Sequence record: DRR723986_23489
DNA length: 60,471 nucleotides
Direction: 5' to 3' (one strand)
A program made the position numbers and the translations under genes. The notes under the pieces are model-generated. The model ran no database searches, was not told where the DNA came from, and saw nothing but the letters and a program-made list of their open reading frames with translations. This document shows positions 1 to 9,974 of the stretch, in pieces (position 1 is the first letter of the stretch; every line of letters begins with the position of its first letter).

Positions 1-32
1 GTGACTGGCATCATTGCGGATAATCATATATT

Positions 33-2972
33 TTATTCTAATAATGCGGCAATATCATCTTGCCCCAAACTCTTCATGAAGCTTTCTTCCGTATTTATCA
101 GCTCGCCAGCTAGGGCTAGCTTACGATCCTGAAGTGCCATGATTTTCTCCTCTACTGATCCACGCGTAATGAATTTGTAAATGATCACTTTATTTTCCTG
201 GCCTATTCTATGCGCTCTATCTATCGCCTGTGCCTCCACAGCAGGATTCCACCATGGGTCCAGAAGGAAGACATATTCTGCTTTTGTTAGGTTTAGACCT
301 ACACCACCAGCTTTTAGTGAGATTAAGAATACCTTGATGTTTTCATTTTCCTGGAATTTCTCCACCTGCGCTTGACGGTCTTTTGTCGTGCCATCGAGGT
401 ATGCATAAGGAATTCCCTGCTCTTCCAAGTATTCCTTTACGATAGCCAAATGCCGTACAAATTGACTGAAAACAAGCACTTTGTGTCCTTCAGATATGGT
501 AGACTGTAGCATGTAAGTCACATCTTCCAGCTTTCCTGATTCTCCTTCATAGTCATCTCGAACTAGTTTCGGGTGATTGGCAATTTGACGGAGTTGAGTT
601 AAGCCACGAAGTAAGGTAAACTGCTGATTGTTTCTGCCTGTACTCTGGATATCGGAAATGATCTTCTCTCGATAGTAGCTTTTCACCTCTTCGTAAACCT
701 CCTCTTGCGCAGCAGTCATGTCCGAATACTTGACATTGGTAATCTTTTCCGGGAGATCAGTCGCTACCTGAGATTTCAATCTTCTTAGGATGAATGGCTT
801 GATCATCGCATGAAGCTTGGCAGATTTATCCACATCTCCTTGCTTTTCGATTGGCTGCAAAAACTGCTTTTTGAAGGTATTTTGATAACCAAGTAATCCC
901 GGATTGATGAAGTTCATCTGCGACCAAAGGTCCATCGTGCTGTTTTCTACTGGTGTACCTGTCAAAATCAGCTTTTGCTTACTTTTCAGCTGATTTACTG
1001 CACCAGCAATATTACTTCCCGGGTTTTTAATTGCCTGGGATTCATCTAAAATGATGTAGTTGAAATAGAAATCCTTCAGAACTTCAATGTCCAATCTGGT
1101 TATTCCATAGGATGTCAGTACTAAATCATATTCTCCAAATCTCCACGGATCTTTGATACGCTGAGTACCGGAATACACAAGGATTTTCAGATCTGGAGTA
1201 AACTTCCTAGCTTCCAATTCCCAGTTATAAATCAGGGAAGTTGGCATCACCAAGAGTGAAGTCAAACCTGGGTTTGCTTCCATTTCATGTGCGAGCAAAG
1301 CAAGTGTCTGCACAGTTTTACCCAGACCCATATCATCTGCTAGGCAGCCACCAAACTTAAATTCATTTAAGAATCGAAGCCAATTGTAACCGGCATGCTG
1401 GTAAGGGCGAAGGGTTCCATCGAATCCACTTGGCAGATCATACTCATCTATTGACTCAAAATCTCTGAGTCTCTCCAATTTTCTACTTAAAGTAACTTGA
1501 ACCAGATTCCCGATCTCCATTTCTCTGGCTAGTGCCAGATGGTGCTTGCGTAGCACCATGGAGTTCTCGTCTCCACGGTCTTCCATGAAATTGAATAACT
1601 CCGAGTAATCCACAAACCAGGAAGCTGGAATCACAGCAATTTCTCCATTTGGCAATTCAAATTCTGCTTTGCCTTGAAGCAAAAGTTTTCTGAGCTTCGC
1701 AAAAGGCACCAAGTAAATTCCAAATTTGATCAGTGCTTTAACATCAAACCAATCAATATTTTCATTGACTTCGATTGATATTTGAGCCTTTCCAATATTA
1801 TAAACCTTGCCCTTAGCATTAGGTTTTTGGACAATTTTGATTTTCTCTATATCCAGAAAATCTTCATTTTCACCGATCCACTCAAAGGCTTCTGTCTTCG
1901 GCAAAGCATCCTTTCCCATTTTGAACTCAAGGCCTTGGTCACGAAGTAACTTTATATATGCTTTTTCTTTTTGAGTACTTCGAATTGTCTTGTAGAATGT
2001 ATAGCTATCCTCTCCTGTTTCCAGCCTTACTGATGCACCATGCTTCTCAGAACTCGGAGTCTGCACCGGGAAATCTATGTTTCCGTACTTGAATCGAAGT
2101 TCAAATACGATCTTATCCTCTTCCAATTTCTCTCCATCCTCTCCAAAGAGATTCTTTCCACCTCCTCCAGGTAGATCAGAGATGTTGATAAAAACCTCCG
2201 GAGTGCCACGTTCAATATGAATATCAAATCCAACTGACTCCACATCAAACTGAGAAATAAGATTAGCCATAAAGCCTTTATAGTAGCTTGGCTCAATTCT
2301 CTTATCGATGACGATGAATTTTTTATTTAAAAAAGCCTTAAGTTTCTTTCCGTCAATTCCTTTTTCGAAGTGAAAGAGCTGGCCATTGACGATCAACCAA
2401 CCAGGTTCATTACTGATAAAATAGCCGTTCTTATATTGCCAATCTAATTTCTCTCCCTTGTATTTGATCGTTGGCCAGTAGTGCGTGTTTTCTTCATTTT
2501 TGTGAAAATGAAATAATACACTTGCCCGCTCAGCATTGACGATAATTTCTTTCCATACCGGGTTTCCATCACTTCCCATTTCGAAAAGTCGCTTGCCGAT
2601 GAGCAACGGCATTATTTTCGACCGCTTCTTCTCAATCACTTCTTCTATTAAGTCCTGCGTCTTTTTATCTTCCGTTTTCGGGTCAAAAATCTTCTCTAGG
2701 TATTGCTTAGGCCGGATATTTCCACGTTTGATAAATGGTTTGACTACCACTTCTGGATTCATAGAATCCATGATTTTTATCAAATCATAATCCGTTTTAT
2801 TTAAACCAGAATCAAATTCACTCGCATTTGCGGAGCTAATATTTTGATATGCGAGAGAAAGCCTGCCTTGTGGGTCTATCTGAACTACAAAAGATTCAAT
2901 AAGAAGTCCTAAAGACTCGTGGCTATATATAGAATAAACTATCTGAAAGGGCTTATCAGCATCTACTATCAT
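33..2972 (-). CDS. SNF2-family (SF2) helicase/ATPase
   Basis: Motif I LADDMGLGKT, Walker B ILDESQ, LTGTPVEN, SLKAGGVGLNL, and DPWWNPAVEAQAIDRAHRIGQ. Long N-terminal region with no obvious SWIM finger. Confidence 0.92.
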   Translation of the reverse strand: MIVDADKPFQIVYSIYSHESLGLLIESFVVQIDPQGRLSLAYQNISSANASEFDSGLNKTDYDLIKIMDSMNPEVVVKPFIKRGNIRPKQYLEKIFDPKTEDKKTQDLIEEVIEKKRSKIMPLLIGKRLFEMGSDGNPVWKEIIVNAERASVLFHFHKNEENTHYWPTIKYKGEKLDWQYKNGYFISNEPGWLIVNGQLFHFEKGIDGKKLKAFLNKKFIVIDKRIEPSYYKGFMANLISQFDVESVGFDIHIERGTPEVFINISDLPGGGGKNLFGEDGEKLEEDKIVFELRFKYGNIDFPVQTPSSEKHGASVRLETGEDSYTFYKTIRSTQKEKAYIKLLRDQGLEFKMGKDALPKTEAFEWIGENEDFLDIEKIKIVQKPNAKGKVYNIGKAQISIEVNENIDWFDVKALIKFGIYLVPFAKLRKLLLQGKAEFELPNGEIAVIPASWFVDYSELFNFMEDRGDENSMVLRKHHLALAREMEIGNLVQVTLSRKLERLRDFESIDEYDLPSGFDGTLRPYQHAGYNWLRFLNEFKFGGCLADDMGLGKTVQTLALLAHEMEANPGLTSLLVMPTSLIYNWELEARKFTPDLKILVYSGTQRIKDPWRFGEYDLVLTSYGITRLDIEVLKDFYFNYIILDESQAIKNPGSNIAGAVNQLKSKQKLILTGTPVENSTMDLWSQMNFINPGLLGYQNTFKKQFLQPIEKQGDVDKSAKLHAMIKPFILRRLKSQVATDLPEKITNVKYSDMTAAQEEVYEEVKSYYREKIISDIQSTGRNNQQFTLLRGLTQLRQIANHPKLVRDDYEGESGKLEDVTYMLQSTISEGHKVLVFSQFVRHLAIVKEYLEEQGIPYAYLDGTTKDRQAQVEKFQENENIKVFLISLKAGGVGLNLTKAEYVFLLDPWWNPAVEAQAIDRAHRIGQENKVIIYKFITRGSVEEKIMALQDRKLALAGELINTEESFMKSLGQDDIAALLE

Positions 2973-3130
2973 ATTATTGTCGGAAGGACATAACTTCTAT
3001 ATAATTAGGGGTTAAGCAAAAAGAAGTCAAGTCGGGGTTAAGGATCCCAAAAAAGGGAAAAGCAAGTTGAAAATTACAAAAAATACAGCTTAAAAACTTG
3101 ATTTATGGCAATTATCTGGCTGAAAACATG

Positions 3131-3172
3131 AAAATCCTTCAAAATCATCCTAAATGATCTTGAAGGATTTTT
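3131..3172. terminator. Intrinsic terminator-like hairpin downstream of lspA
   Basis: Inverted repeat aaaatccttcaa-aatcat / atgat-c-ttgaaggatttt, about 20 nt after the lspA stop. Confidence 0.65.
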
Positions 3173-3191
3173 AATAAAAAGAGGTGAATTT

Positions 3192-3824
3192 TTACTCAGA
3201 AACCTGGTTTACTTCTTCCTCCTTTGTTGAGTTAGTAGTTTCAGGCTTTTCAGGAAAAAACCTTCCCTGGAAGATCAGAATCATAGCCACACCGACAAAT
3301 ATTGCAGCATCTGCCACATTGAAAATTGGCCAAAGGGCAGTGTAACTACCTCCCCACACTGGCAGCCAATCCGGTAGATAGCCTTCCCATATGTCAAAGT
3401 AAAACATATCTACTACCTGACCATGAAACCATGGAGTTGAAGCATTATAAGGAGCATTATTTAACCAAACACCATAAAATACAGAGTCAACTAAATTACC
3501 GATTGCTCCTCCAAGAATCATCGCTATACATACTATATATAAGCTAGGTTGTTTTTTCTCAATGATATGATATAGGTAATATCCGATCCCGCACATTGCC
3601 ACCAATCGGAAAGATGTTAGCAGTAATTTGCCATAATCGGAGCCTAGCTCCATCCCGAAAGCCATGCCCGGATTGGTCGTGTAATGAAGCTTAAACCAGT
3701 CTCCGAAAATCGGAATCTGACCAGGGGAGCCAAAATCCATTTGAAAATGAACTAGCATTTTCACTGCTTGATCTATCAGAATTACCAATAAAGCAATGCC
3801 GAAGTATTTCAGGTATTTATTCAT
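3192..3824 (-). CDS. lspA: Lipoprotein signal peptidase II
   Basis: DQAVK, NPGMAFG, GGAIGNLVD, VVDM and FNVADAAI motifs. Lies directly downstream of ileS. Confidence 0.95.
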   Translation of the reverse strand: MNKYLKYFGIALLVILIDQAVKMLVHFQMDFGSPGQIPIFGDWFKLHYTTNPGMAFGMELGSDYGKLLLTSFRLVAMCGIGYYLYHIIEKKQPSLYIVCIAMILGGAIGNLVDSVFYGVWLNNAPYNASTPWFHGQVVDMFYFDIWEGYLPDWLPVWGGSYTALWPIFNVADAAIFVGVAMILIFQGRFFPEKPETTNSTKEEEVNQVSE

Positions 3825-3840
3825 TATATACGTTTTGCTA

Positions 3841-6800
3841 TCAGGCTTTTTCTACCAAAACAGCTAGTTCAAAATCATCCATATCAAGCACCGTAGCTCC
3901 ATCTAACGAAGGAGAAAGCTCCAAGTTTAACGCCTGTACTTCAGTTTGGATATATTCCCCAAAAGACTCTAGCGCATTTTTCACCAATTCGTTATCGTCT
4001 GCGATCTTGATGTTAATCTTATCCTGAACCTCCAGCCCCATATCTTTACGTAGGTTTTGAATCCGGTTTACAAGATCCCTTGCTACACCTTCTTGCTTCA
4101 ATTCATCGGAAAGGGTCACATCAAGCGCAACTGTCACACCTTGATCAGAAGCCACAGACCAGCCAGGAATGTCCTGAGAAGTGATCAACACTTCTTCCAA
4201 AAGTAACTCTAAACTTTCGCCGTCTACATCCACGGAGATTTTACCTTCACGCTCTATTTCTGCAATTTCGGCTTGTCCCCACTTATTGATAGCAGCTACT
4301 ACAAAGCGCATTTTTGGACCTAGTTTCTTTCCAAGTACAGGAAGATTAGGCTTCACATTTTTCACTAAGATACCCGAAGCATCATCGATGAATTCTATGT
4401 CTTTGATATTCACTTCTGATTTGATCAACTCCTCTAGATGTAAAATCTGAGCTTTGGTCTTTTCTTTCAGAATTGGAATCAAAATACGCTGCAACGGCTG
4501 ACGTACTTTCATCTTCTCTTTCTTTCTCAGGGAGTGAACCAAAGAAGAAATCGTCTGCGCCAATTCCATGCTTTCTTCCAGATCTTTATTGATCAGCCCA
4601 GCATCTACAGTCACCCAATCAGTAAGGTGGACAGAAGCCTTCGCATCAGAGCCTGATTCAGTCAAGTTTTGATATAACCAATCCGAATAGAATGGTGCAA
4701 ATGAAGACATCAGCTGAGTAAGTGTTAGCAAGGATTCGTACAAGGTCTCATACGCCGCTTGCTTATCAGCATTCATTTCTCCTCTCCAGAATCTCTTACG
4801 AGCCAGTCGAACGTACCAGTTGGAAAGTTGATCTACCGTGAAACTCATGATCGCACGGGTAGCTTTGGTCGCATCGTAATTGTCCATCGCTTCTTCCACT
4901 TCAGCGATTAAGGATTGAAGCTTGGAAACAATCCACTGATCTAGCTCAGCACGCTCTGCCACTGGAACTGCTTTGGATTTGTCATAGACAAAAGCATCCA
5001 AGTTCGCATATAGCGCGAAGAAATTATAGGTGTTCTGAAGTGTACCAAAGAAACGTCGTTGCACCTCAGTAACTCCATCCAGATTGAACTTCAAGTTATC
5101 CCAAGGATTGGCATTGCTTAGCATGTACCAACGCACGGCGTCAGGACCATATTCTTTCAGCGTTTTGAAAGGATCTACTGCATTGCCTAAGCGCTTGGAC
5201 ATTTTGTTGCCGTTTTTATCCAGCACCAGTCCGTTTGCAATCACATTTTTGAAAGCCACGCTATCAAAAAGCATCACTGCAATCGCATGAAGCGTAAAGA
5301 ACCAACCACGAGTTTGATCTACGCCTTCCGCAATATAATCTGCAGGATAGTTTGCGTTGAAAATATCTTCGTTTTCGAATGGGTAATGCCACTGGGCATA
5401 AGGCATAGCTCCAGAGTCAAACCAAACATCGATCAAATCTGACTCTCGGAACATCTTTTCTCCAGAAGCAGAGACCAAAATCACATCATCAACAAATGGA
5501 CGGTGAAGATCCAGCTCACGGCCTTCGTATGGAGACTTCTCCATAAAGCCCTTAGCAATAGATTCCTCGATAGCTTTTTCTAGTTCGGCTATCGACCCAA
5601 TGCAGCGCTCTTCCTTACCGTCCTCAGTTCTCCAGATCGGAAGTGGCGTCCCCCAGAATCGGGATCTACTCAAGTTCCAATCCACTAGATTTTCCAGCCA
5701 ATTACCAAAACGCCCGGTTCCGGTTGCCTCAGGCTTCCAGTTGATGGTCTTGTTCAGCTCTACTAATCTATCCTTGTATGCAGTGGTTTTGATAAACCAG
5801 CTGTCCATAGGATAGTAAAGTACCGGCTTATCAGTTCTCCAGCAATGTGGATAACTGTGCTCGTATTTCTCTACCTTAAAAGCCTTATTTTCATTTTTCA
5901 GGATGATCGAGATAATTACATCGGTGCTTTTGAAGTCCGTCGCATTCTCATCATCCTCGGTGTAGTTTTTCACATAAAAATCATCCACACCGTATTCTTT
6001 GTGGGCTGTGATCGCATGTTCGGCTACTTTTTCTACCAAGTATTCACCAACCATCGAAATGAATTTCCCTTGCTTATCCACAATCGGAAGATCCTTTCCT
6101 TGCTCATCTTTTACGAAGACACCAGGCACATTATTCTGCGCCAAAGTTCTAAAGTCATCCGCACCAAAGGCTTTTGCCAGGTGGACGATACCAGTACCGT
6201 CTTCCGTAGTCACGTAGTCACCAGAAACAACCGTGAAAGCTGGATGCCCAAGTGCCAAACCTGCTATAGGGAACAGTTGCTCATATTCCCAACCTAGCAT
6301 GTCCTTTCCTTTGAATTCCTCGATTAATTCGAAAGGAATCAACTTGTCACCGCCTTTGTAATCCTCCAATTTCAGCTCAGCTGCTTTTGGATTCAGGTAG
6401 GCATTCATTCTGGCTTTCGCCAAAATCACCGTGCAGGCATCGTAGGTATAAGGGTTGAAAGTCTTCACTTTGACATAATCCAAGTTCTCACCGATCGCCA
6501 AAGCTGAGTTGGCAGGCAAAGTCCAAGGGGTAGTCGTCCAAGCTAGGATATAAGTATTTTCCTCACCTTTCAATTTGAACTGAGCAGTGATAGAAGTGTC
6601 TTTGACATCCTTATAAGTACCTGGCTGGTTCAGTTCGTGCGAACTCAAACCTGTACCAGCAGCCGGAGAATAGGGCTGAATTGTGTAGCCTTTATAAATC
6701 AGATCTTTCTCATAAAGCTTCTTCAGCAGGCTCCAAACTGACTCTATATAATTCGGCTCAAAGGTGATGTAAGGATCATCCAAATCCACCCAATAACCGA

Positions 6801-7215
6801 TTTTCTCAGTCATCTCATCCCACTGATTCTTGAAACGCATGACCGTCTCGCGGCACTTTTGATTGTATTCTTCTACAGAAATCTTCTTTCCAATATCCTC
6901 TTTGGTAATACCGAGTTCCTTCTCTACCTGTAATTCCACAGGCAAGCCGTGCGTATCCCAACCCCCTTTACGCTTCACTTGGAAACCTTGAAGGGTCTTG
7001 TAGCGGCAGAAAACATCTTTGATTGCACGTGCCATTACGTGGTGAATTCCCGGCGTTCCATTTGCTGAAGGAGGGCCTTCAAAAAAAGTAAATGTCTCCG
7101 CACCGTCACGGTTGGCTACTGATTGCTCGAAAATCTGGTTTTCTTTCCAGTACTTCAATACAGATTCCCCGATTTCGGGATAATCCACTTGTTTAAATTC
7201 CTGATATGTCTTCAC
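3841..7215 (-). CDS. ileS: Isoleucine--tRNA ligase, type 2 (IleRS2-like); probable GTG start at 7215
   Basis: GPPSANG-PGIHH, GWDTHGLPVE, WTTTPWTLP, GTGIVH, EGVDQTRGWF and KMSKR motifs. No C-terminal Zn finger. Confidence 0.97.
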   Translation of the reverse strand: MKTYQEFKQVDYPEIGESVLKYWKENQIFEQSVANRDGAETFTFFEGPPSANGTPGIHHVMARAIKDVFCRYKTLQGFQVKRKGGWDTHGLPVELQVEKELGITKEDIGKKISVEEYNQKCRETVMRFKNQWDEMTEKIGYWVDLDDPYITFEPNYIESVWSLLKKLYEKDLIYKGYTIQPYSPAAGTGLSSHELNQPGTYKDVKDTSITAQFKLKGEENTYILAWTTTPWTLPANSALAIGENLDYVKVKTFNPYTYDACTVILAKARMNAYLNPKAAELKLEDYKGGDKLIPFELIEEFKGKDMLGWEYEQLFPIAGLALGHPAFTVVSGDYVTTEDGTGIVHLAKAFGADDFRTLAQNNVPGVFVKDEQGKDLPIVDKQGKFISMVGEYLVEKVAEHAITAHKEYGVDDFYVKNYTEDDENATDFKSTDVIISIILKNENKAFKVEKYEHSYPHCWRTDKPVLYYPMDSWFIKTTAYKDRLVELNKTINWKPEATGTGRFGNWLENLVDWNLSRSRFWGTPLPIWRTEDGKEERCIGSIAELEKAIEESIAKGFMEKSPYEGRELDLHRPFVDDVILVSASGEKMFRESDLIDVWFDSGAMPYAQWHYPFENEDIFNANYPADYIAEGVDQTRGWFFTLHAIAVMLFDSVAFKNVIANGLVLDKNGNKMSKRLGNAVDPFKTLKEYGPDAVRWYMLSNANPWDNLKFNLDGVTEVQRRFFGTLQNTYNFFALYANLDAFVYDKSKAVPVAERAELDQWIVSKLQSLIAEVEEAMDNYDATKATRAIMSFTVDQLSNWYVRLARKRFWRGEMNADKQAAYETLYESLLTLTQLMSSFAPFYSDWLYQNLTESGSDAKASVHLTDWVTVDAGLINKDLEESMELAQTISSLVHSLRKKEKMKVRQPLQRILIPILKEKTKAQILHLEELIKSEVNIKDIEFIDDASGILVKNVKPNLPVLGKKLGPKMRFVVAAINKWGQAEIAEIEREGKISVDVDGESLELLLEEVLITSQDIPGWSVASDQGVTVALDVTLSDELKQEGVARDLVNRIQNLRKDMGLEVQDKINIKIADDNELVKNALESFGEYIQTEVQALNLELSPSLDGATVLDMDDFELAVLVEKA

Positions 7216-7254
7216 TGTATCCTTTCTTAAGGGCAAGTAGGTGATAATTTATTT

Positions 7255-7347
7255 TTGGGCGTGCCCCCGTCTGAAAAAGCCGGGGTCGGGCTATCCGCTA
7301 TATCCACTTCGCTTCGCTGTGTGGATGCCGCTTCTATCCCTCACGCA
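7255..7347. ncRNA. Structured GC-rich Bacteroidota intergenic element, resembling the Flavo-1 RNA motif / REP-like repeat
   Basis: Sequence ttgggcgtgcccccg...cggggtcgggctatccgct...atccctcacgc. Closing pair gcgtg/cacgc, inner stems ccccg/cgggg and atccac/gtggat. The family assignment is from memory, not a search. Confidence 0.55.
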
Positions 7348-7378
7348 ATCAAGGAAACATCCTCCTCAAAAGCAGGCA

Positions 7379-7386
7379 CAAAGATA
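7379..7386 (-). promoter_or_regulatory. Bacteroidota sigma-A -7 element (TATCTTTG) for ileS-lspA
   Basis: Plus-strand caaagata is the reverse complement of TATCTTTG, matching TAnnTTTG upstream of ileS. Confidence 0.6.
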
Positions 7387-7494
7387 GGAGAAATCCCCCT
7401 TTTTGGGAGGGTCAATTGGAAAAAATGCCAGCTTTCAATAAATGAAGCAACGGGGTCAATTTTCCAATCTTCAAATTTTCCAATCTTTCGATAG

Positions 7495-8601
7495 CTAAAG
7501 CACTAACTCATAACTCACACTTCTTCCCCCACCTTGCGGCAAAAAGACGCCTAATTCCACCAAAGCCTGTAAATCCCGTGTGGCAGTCGCTTTGGAAGTT
7601 TTCGTAATAGCGATGTATTTCTTAGCAGTCATTCCTCCTTCAAACCCCGCTGGTCCTTCAGCCAGCATTCGATTGACAGCTTTGATCTTGCGATCATTTA
7701 ATAACGCCTTAAATCGATCAAAAAATTTGACTTTTTGAAGGGTGAAATTGACCAATTGCTCGGCACTCAGCTGTGCATGAAAGACAGTTTCAGCAAAAAA
7801 ATCCAACCAATCAGAGATTTCATTGGAGCTTTGTCCACTTTTCAATGCCTTGTAATACTCATTCTTCTTCTCTTCTATGACACTGGAAAGACTGATCAAT
7901 GTGGCATGTCCTAATCCTTGATGCAAGGCTTTTTCTGCCAAAGCGCGGCCAATTCGTCCATTGCCATCCTCGAAGGGATGAATAGACTCAAAGTATAAAT
8001 GCGTAATAGCAGATCGTATCAGGGGATTATTTATAGGCTCAGCCTTGTTTGGAGAAGTTTTGTTAAACCAAGAGATAAAAGCTGCCATCTCCGAAGGAAC
8101 CAGTGCTGACGGAGGCGCTTCGAAATGCACAATTTCTTTTCCAATAGCTCCAGAAACCACCTGCATGGGCGAAGAATCCGCCCGCCATTGGCCAGCTCGT
8201 ACATAACGATTGCCTTCCATGAGCAGCTCATGCCATTCGAAAAGCATCTCTTCTGTCAATTCTTGAGCAAATTCCGAACGTACCTTGATCATCAGCTTGG
8301 CAATGCCTTTTGCCCGCTGATCCTTTACAAGTAAGGGCTGCTCCTCGTGTATCCCAAGATTCTTTTTGATAGAAGACATTACGTCTGGTCGGCTGAGAAA
8401 CTCACCTTCGATCTCGGAAGTCTTGATAGCTTCCATCACCATCATTTCCATTAGCAGTTCAGTCTGATTTCCTTCTGCCAAACCAGTGAGGACACCAGAC
8501 ATTTGCCCAGATTTCATGAGAAAATCAAGCAGTATTTTCCCAGCCTTACCTTCCGTGTAAGTGAATGTTGGCCAATCTGACTGTTCCCAATTATAACTCA
8601 T
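7495..8601 (-). CDS. Fic-domain protein (DUF4172 N-terminus, C-terminal wHTH), class II; probable start MSYNWEQ at 8601
   Basis: Canonical HPFEDGNGRIGR motif, inhibitory motif TSEIEG matching (S/T)xxxEG, N-terminal YNWEQSDWPTF, C-terminal SKATATRDLQALV. Confidence 0.92.
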   Translation of the reverse strand: MSYNWEQSDWPTFTYTEGKAGKILLDFLMKSGQMSGVLTGLAEGNQTELLMEMMVMEAIKTSEIEGEFLSRPDVMSSIKKNLGIHEEQPLLVKDQRAKGIAKLMIKVRSEFAQELTEEMLFEWHELLMEGNRYVRAGQWRADSSPMQVVSGAIGKEIVHFEAPPSALVPSEMAAFISWFNKTSPNKAEPINNPLIRSAITHLYFESIHPFEDGNGRIGRALAEKALHQGLGHATLISLSSVIEEKKNEYYKALKSGQSSNEISDWLDFFAETVFHAQLSAEQLVNFTLQKVKFFDRFKALLNDRKIKAVNRMLAEGPAGFEGGMTAKKYIAITKTSKATATRDLQALVELGVFLPQGGGRSVSYELVL

Positions 8602-8602
8602 A

Positions 8603-8673
8603 AGCCGAATATACAACTTATTCGGCTCATAATATCTAGTGTTTTGAGCCGAATAATGTATTTATTCGGCTCA
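8603..8673. promoter_or_regulatory. Two tandem palindromic operator-like sites at the fic start
   Basis: agccgaata (8603-8611) pairs with ttattcggctca (8618-8629). tgagccgaataa (8645-8656) pairs with ttattcggctca (8662-8673). Confidence 0.6.
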
Positions 8674-8773
8674 CGAAAAGAAAAACTCCATAAATCCTCA
8701 CTTTTCCACCAGACATAACTTCATTTCATTCACTCTTCTTAAATTTCCCATTCATTCGACTTGAACCTTACTT

Positions 8774-9805
8774 ATGAACCTTAGCTATTCTTTATTAGCA
8801 GGAAGCCTTGTATTAGCATTTGCATGCTCCTCCCCAAAAGAAGTAGAAGAAACAGAAACTCCAAAATTCTCTGGTAACCCAATTGTCGAAGGTTGGTATG
8901 CCGATCCTGAAGGAATTGTTTTTGGGGATGAATATTGGGTTTACCCAACCTACTCAGCTGGTTACACTGACCAACTGCACTTTGATGCATTTTCTTCCAA
9001 AGACTTAGTGACTTGGGAAAAGCATGAAAATATTCTGGACACTGCAGCGATCAAATGGGCTAGACAAGCCATGTGGGCACCGGCAGCAATCGAGAAAGAC
9101 GGGAAATATTATCTCTTCTTTTCGGCAAATGACATCCAGCGCCCAAGTCGTGATGGCTGGGATCCGAATAATGACATCAATCATTTTGGAGGATTAGGGG
9201 TCGCGGTAGCTGACTCACCTGGAGGACCTTTCAAAGACCATATTGGCAAGCCTTTGCTTTCGGAGTTTTACAATGATGCACAGCCAATCGACCAATTTGT
9301 ATTCAAGGACACCGACGGGACTTATTATATGCTTTATGGAGGTTGGAGTCATTGCAATATAGGTAAGCTAAATGCTGACTTCACAGGATTTGAACCTTGG
9401 GAAGACGGTGAGCTTTTCCATGAAATAACCCCAGAGGGATACGTAGAAGGTCCATTCGTGTTTATCAGAGAAGGAAAATATTACTTCATGTGGTCTGAAG
9501 GAGGCTGGACAAATGACAGCTATAAAGTCGCGTATGCTATGGCGGACAAGATTACTGGACCATGGAATCGAATTGATATAATCTTAGAATCAGACACGAC
9601 GATTGCAACTGGAGCTGGCCATAATTCGGTCATTCAAAAGCCAGGAACTGATGATTGGTATATGGTTTACCATAGAAGACCAATTCCAAATGAAGGTCGA
9701 GATCATCGTGTGACGTGTATTGATGTGATGGAATTCAATGAAGACGGGACAATCAATCCGGTCAAAATGACATTTGAAGGAGTGGAGGCAAATCCAATTG
9801 ATTAA
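8774..9805 (+). CDS. Glycoside hydrolase family 43 lipoprotein
   Basis: Lipobox LAFAC. Five-bladed propeller motifs YADPE, MWAPA, PIDQF, YVEGP and GAGHNS. Confidence 0.9.
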   Translation: MNLSYSLLAGSLVLAFACSSPKEVEETETPKFSGNPIVEGWYADPEGIVFGDEYWVYPTYSAGYTDQLHFDAFSSKDLVTWEKHENILDTAAIKWARQAMWAPAAIEKDGKYYLFFSANDIQRPSRDGWDPNNDINHFGGLGVAVADSPGGPFKDHIGKPLLSEFYNDAQPIDQFVFKDTDGTYYMLYGGWSHCNIGKLNADFTGFEPWEDGELFHEITPEGYVEGPFVFIREGKYYFMWSEGGWTNDSYKVAYAMADKITGPWNRIDIILESDTTIATGAGHNSVIQKPGTDDWYMVYHRRPIPNEGRDHRVTCIDVMEFNEDGTINPVKMTFEGVEANPID

Positions 9806-9974
9806 AACTTTGAATTGAAGAGTATCTGCAAGCCTTTGAATATGGAGAAGGAAAATAAAATATGAAAACCCTTATTTTACCTTAATGATAAAAGGTAAAA
9901 CAAAACCCCGGGATTCATGTGGTCTCGGAGTTTATTTTTTACACTCTTCGTTCTAAATTCAAGCTTCTTGGCTC

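Noticed and set aside
33-2972. SNF2 helicase as part of an anti-phage system
   Set aside because: It neighbours ileS-lspA with no methylase, nuclease or other defence gene in view. Its downstream context lies outside the window.
7216-7390. T-box riboswitch upstream of ileS
   Set aside because: No T-box consensus or specifier stem is visible, and the leader is short.
7255-7494. 79-aa plus-strand ORF
   Set aside because: It has a TTG start, is a translation of the structured repeat and ileS promoter region, and shows no protein-like features.
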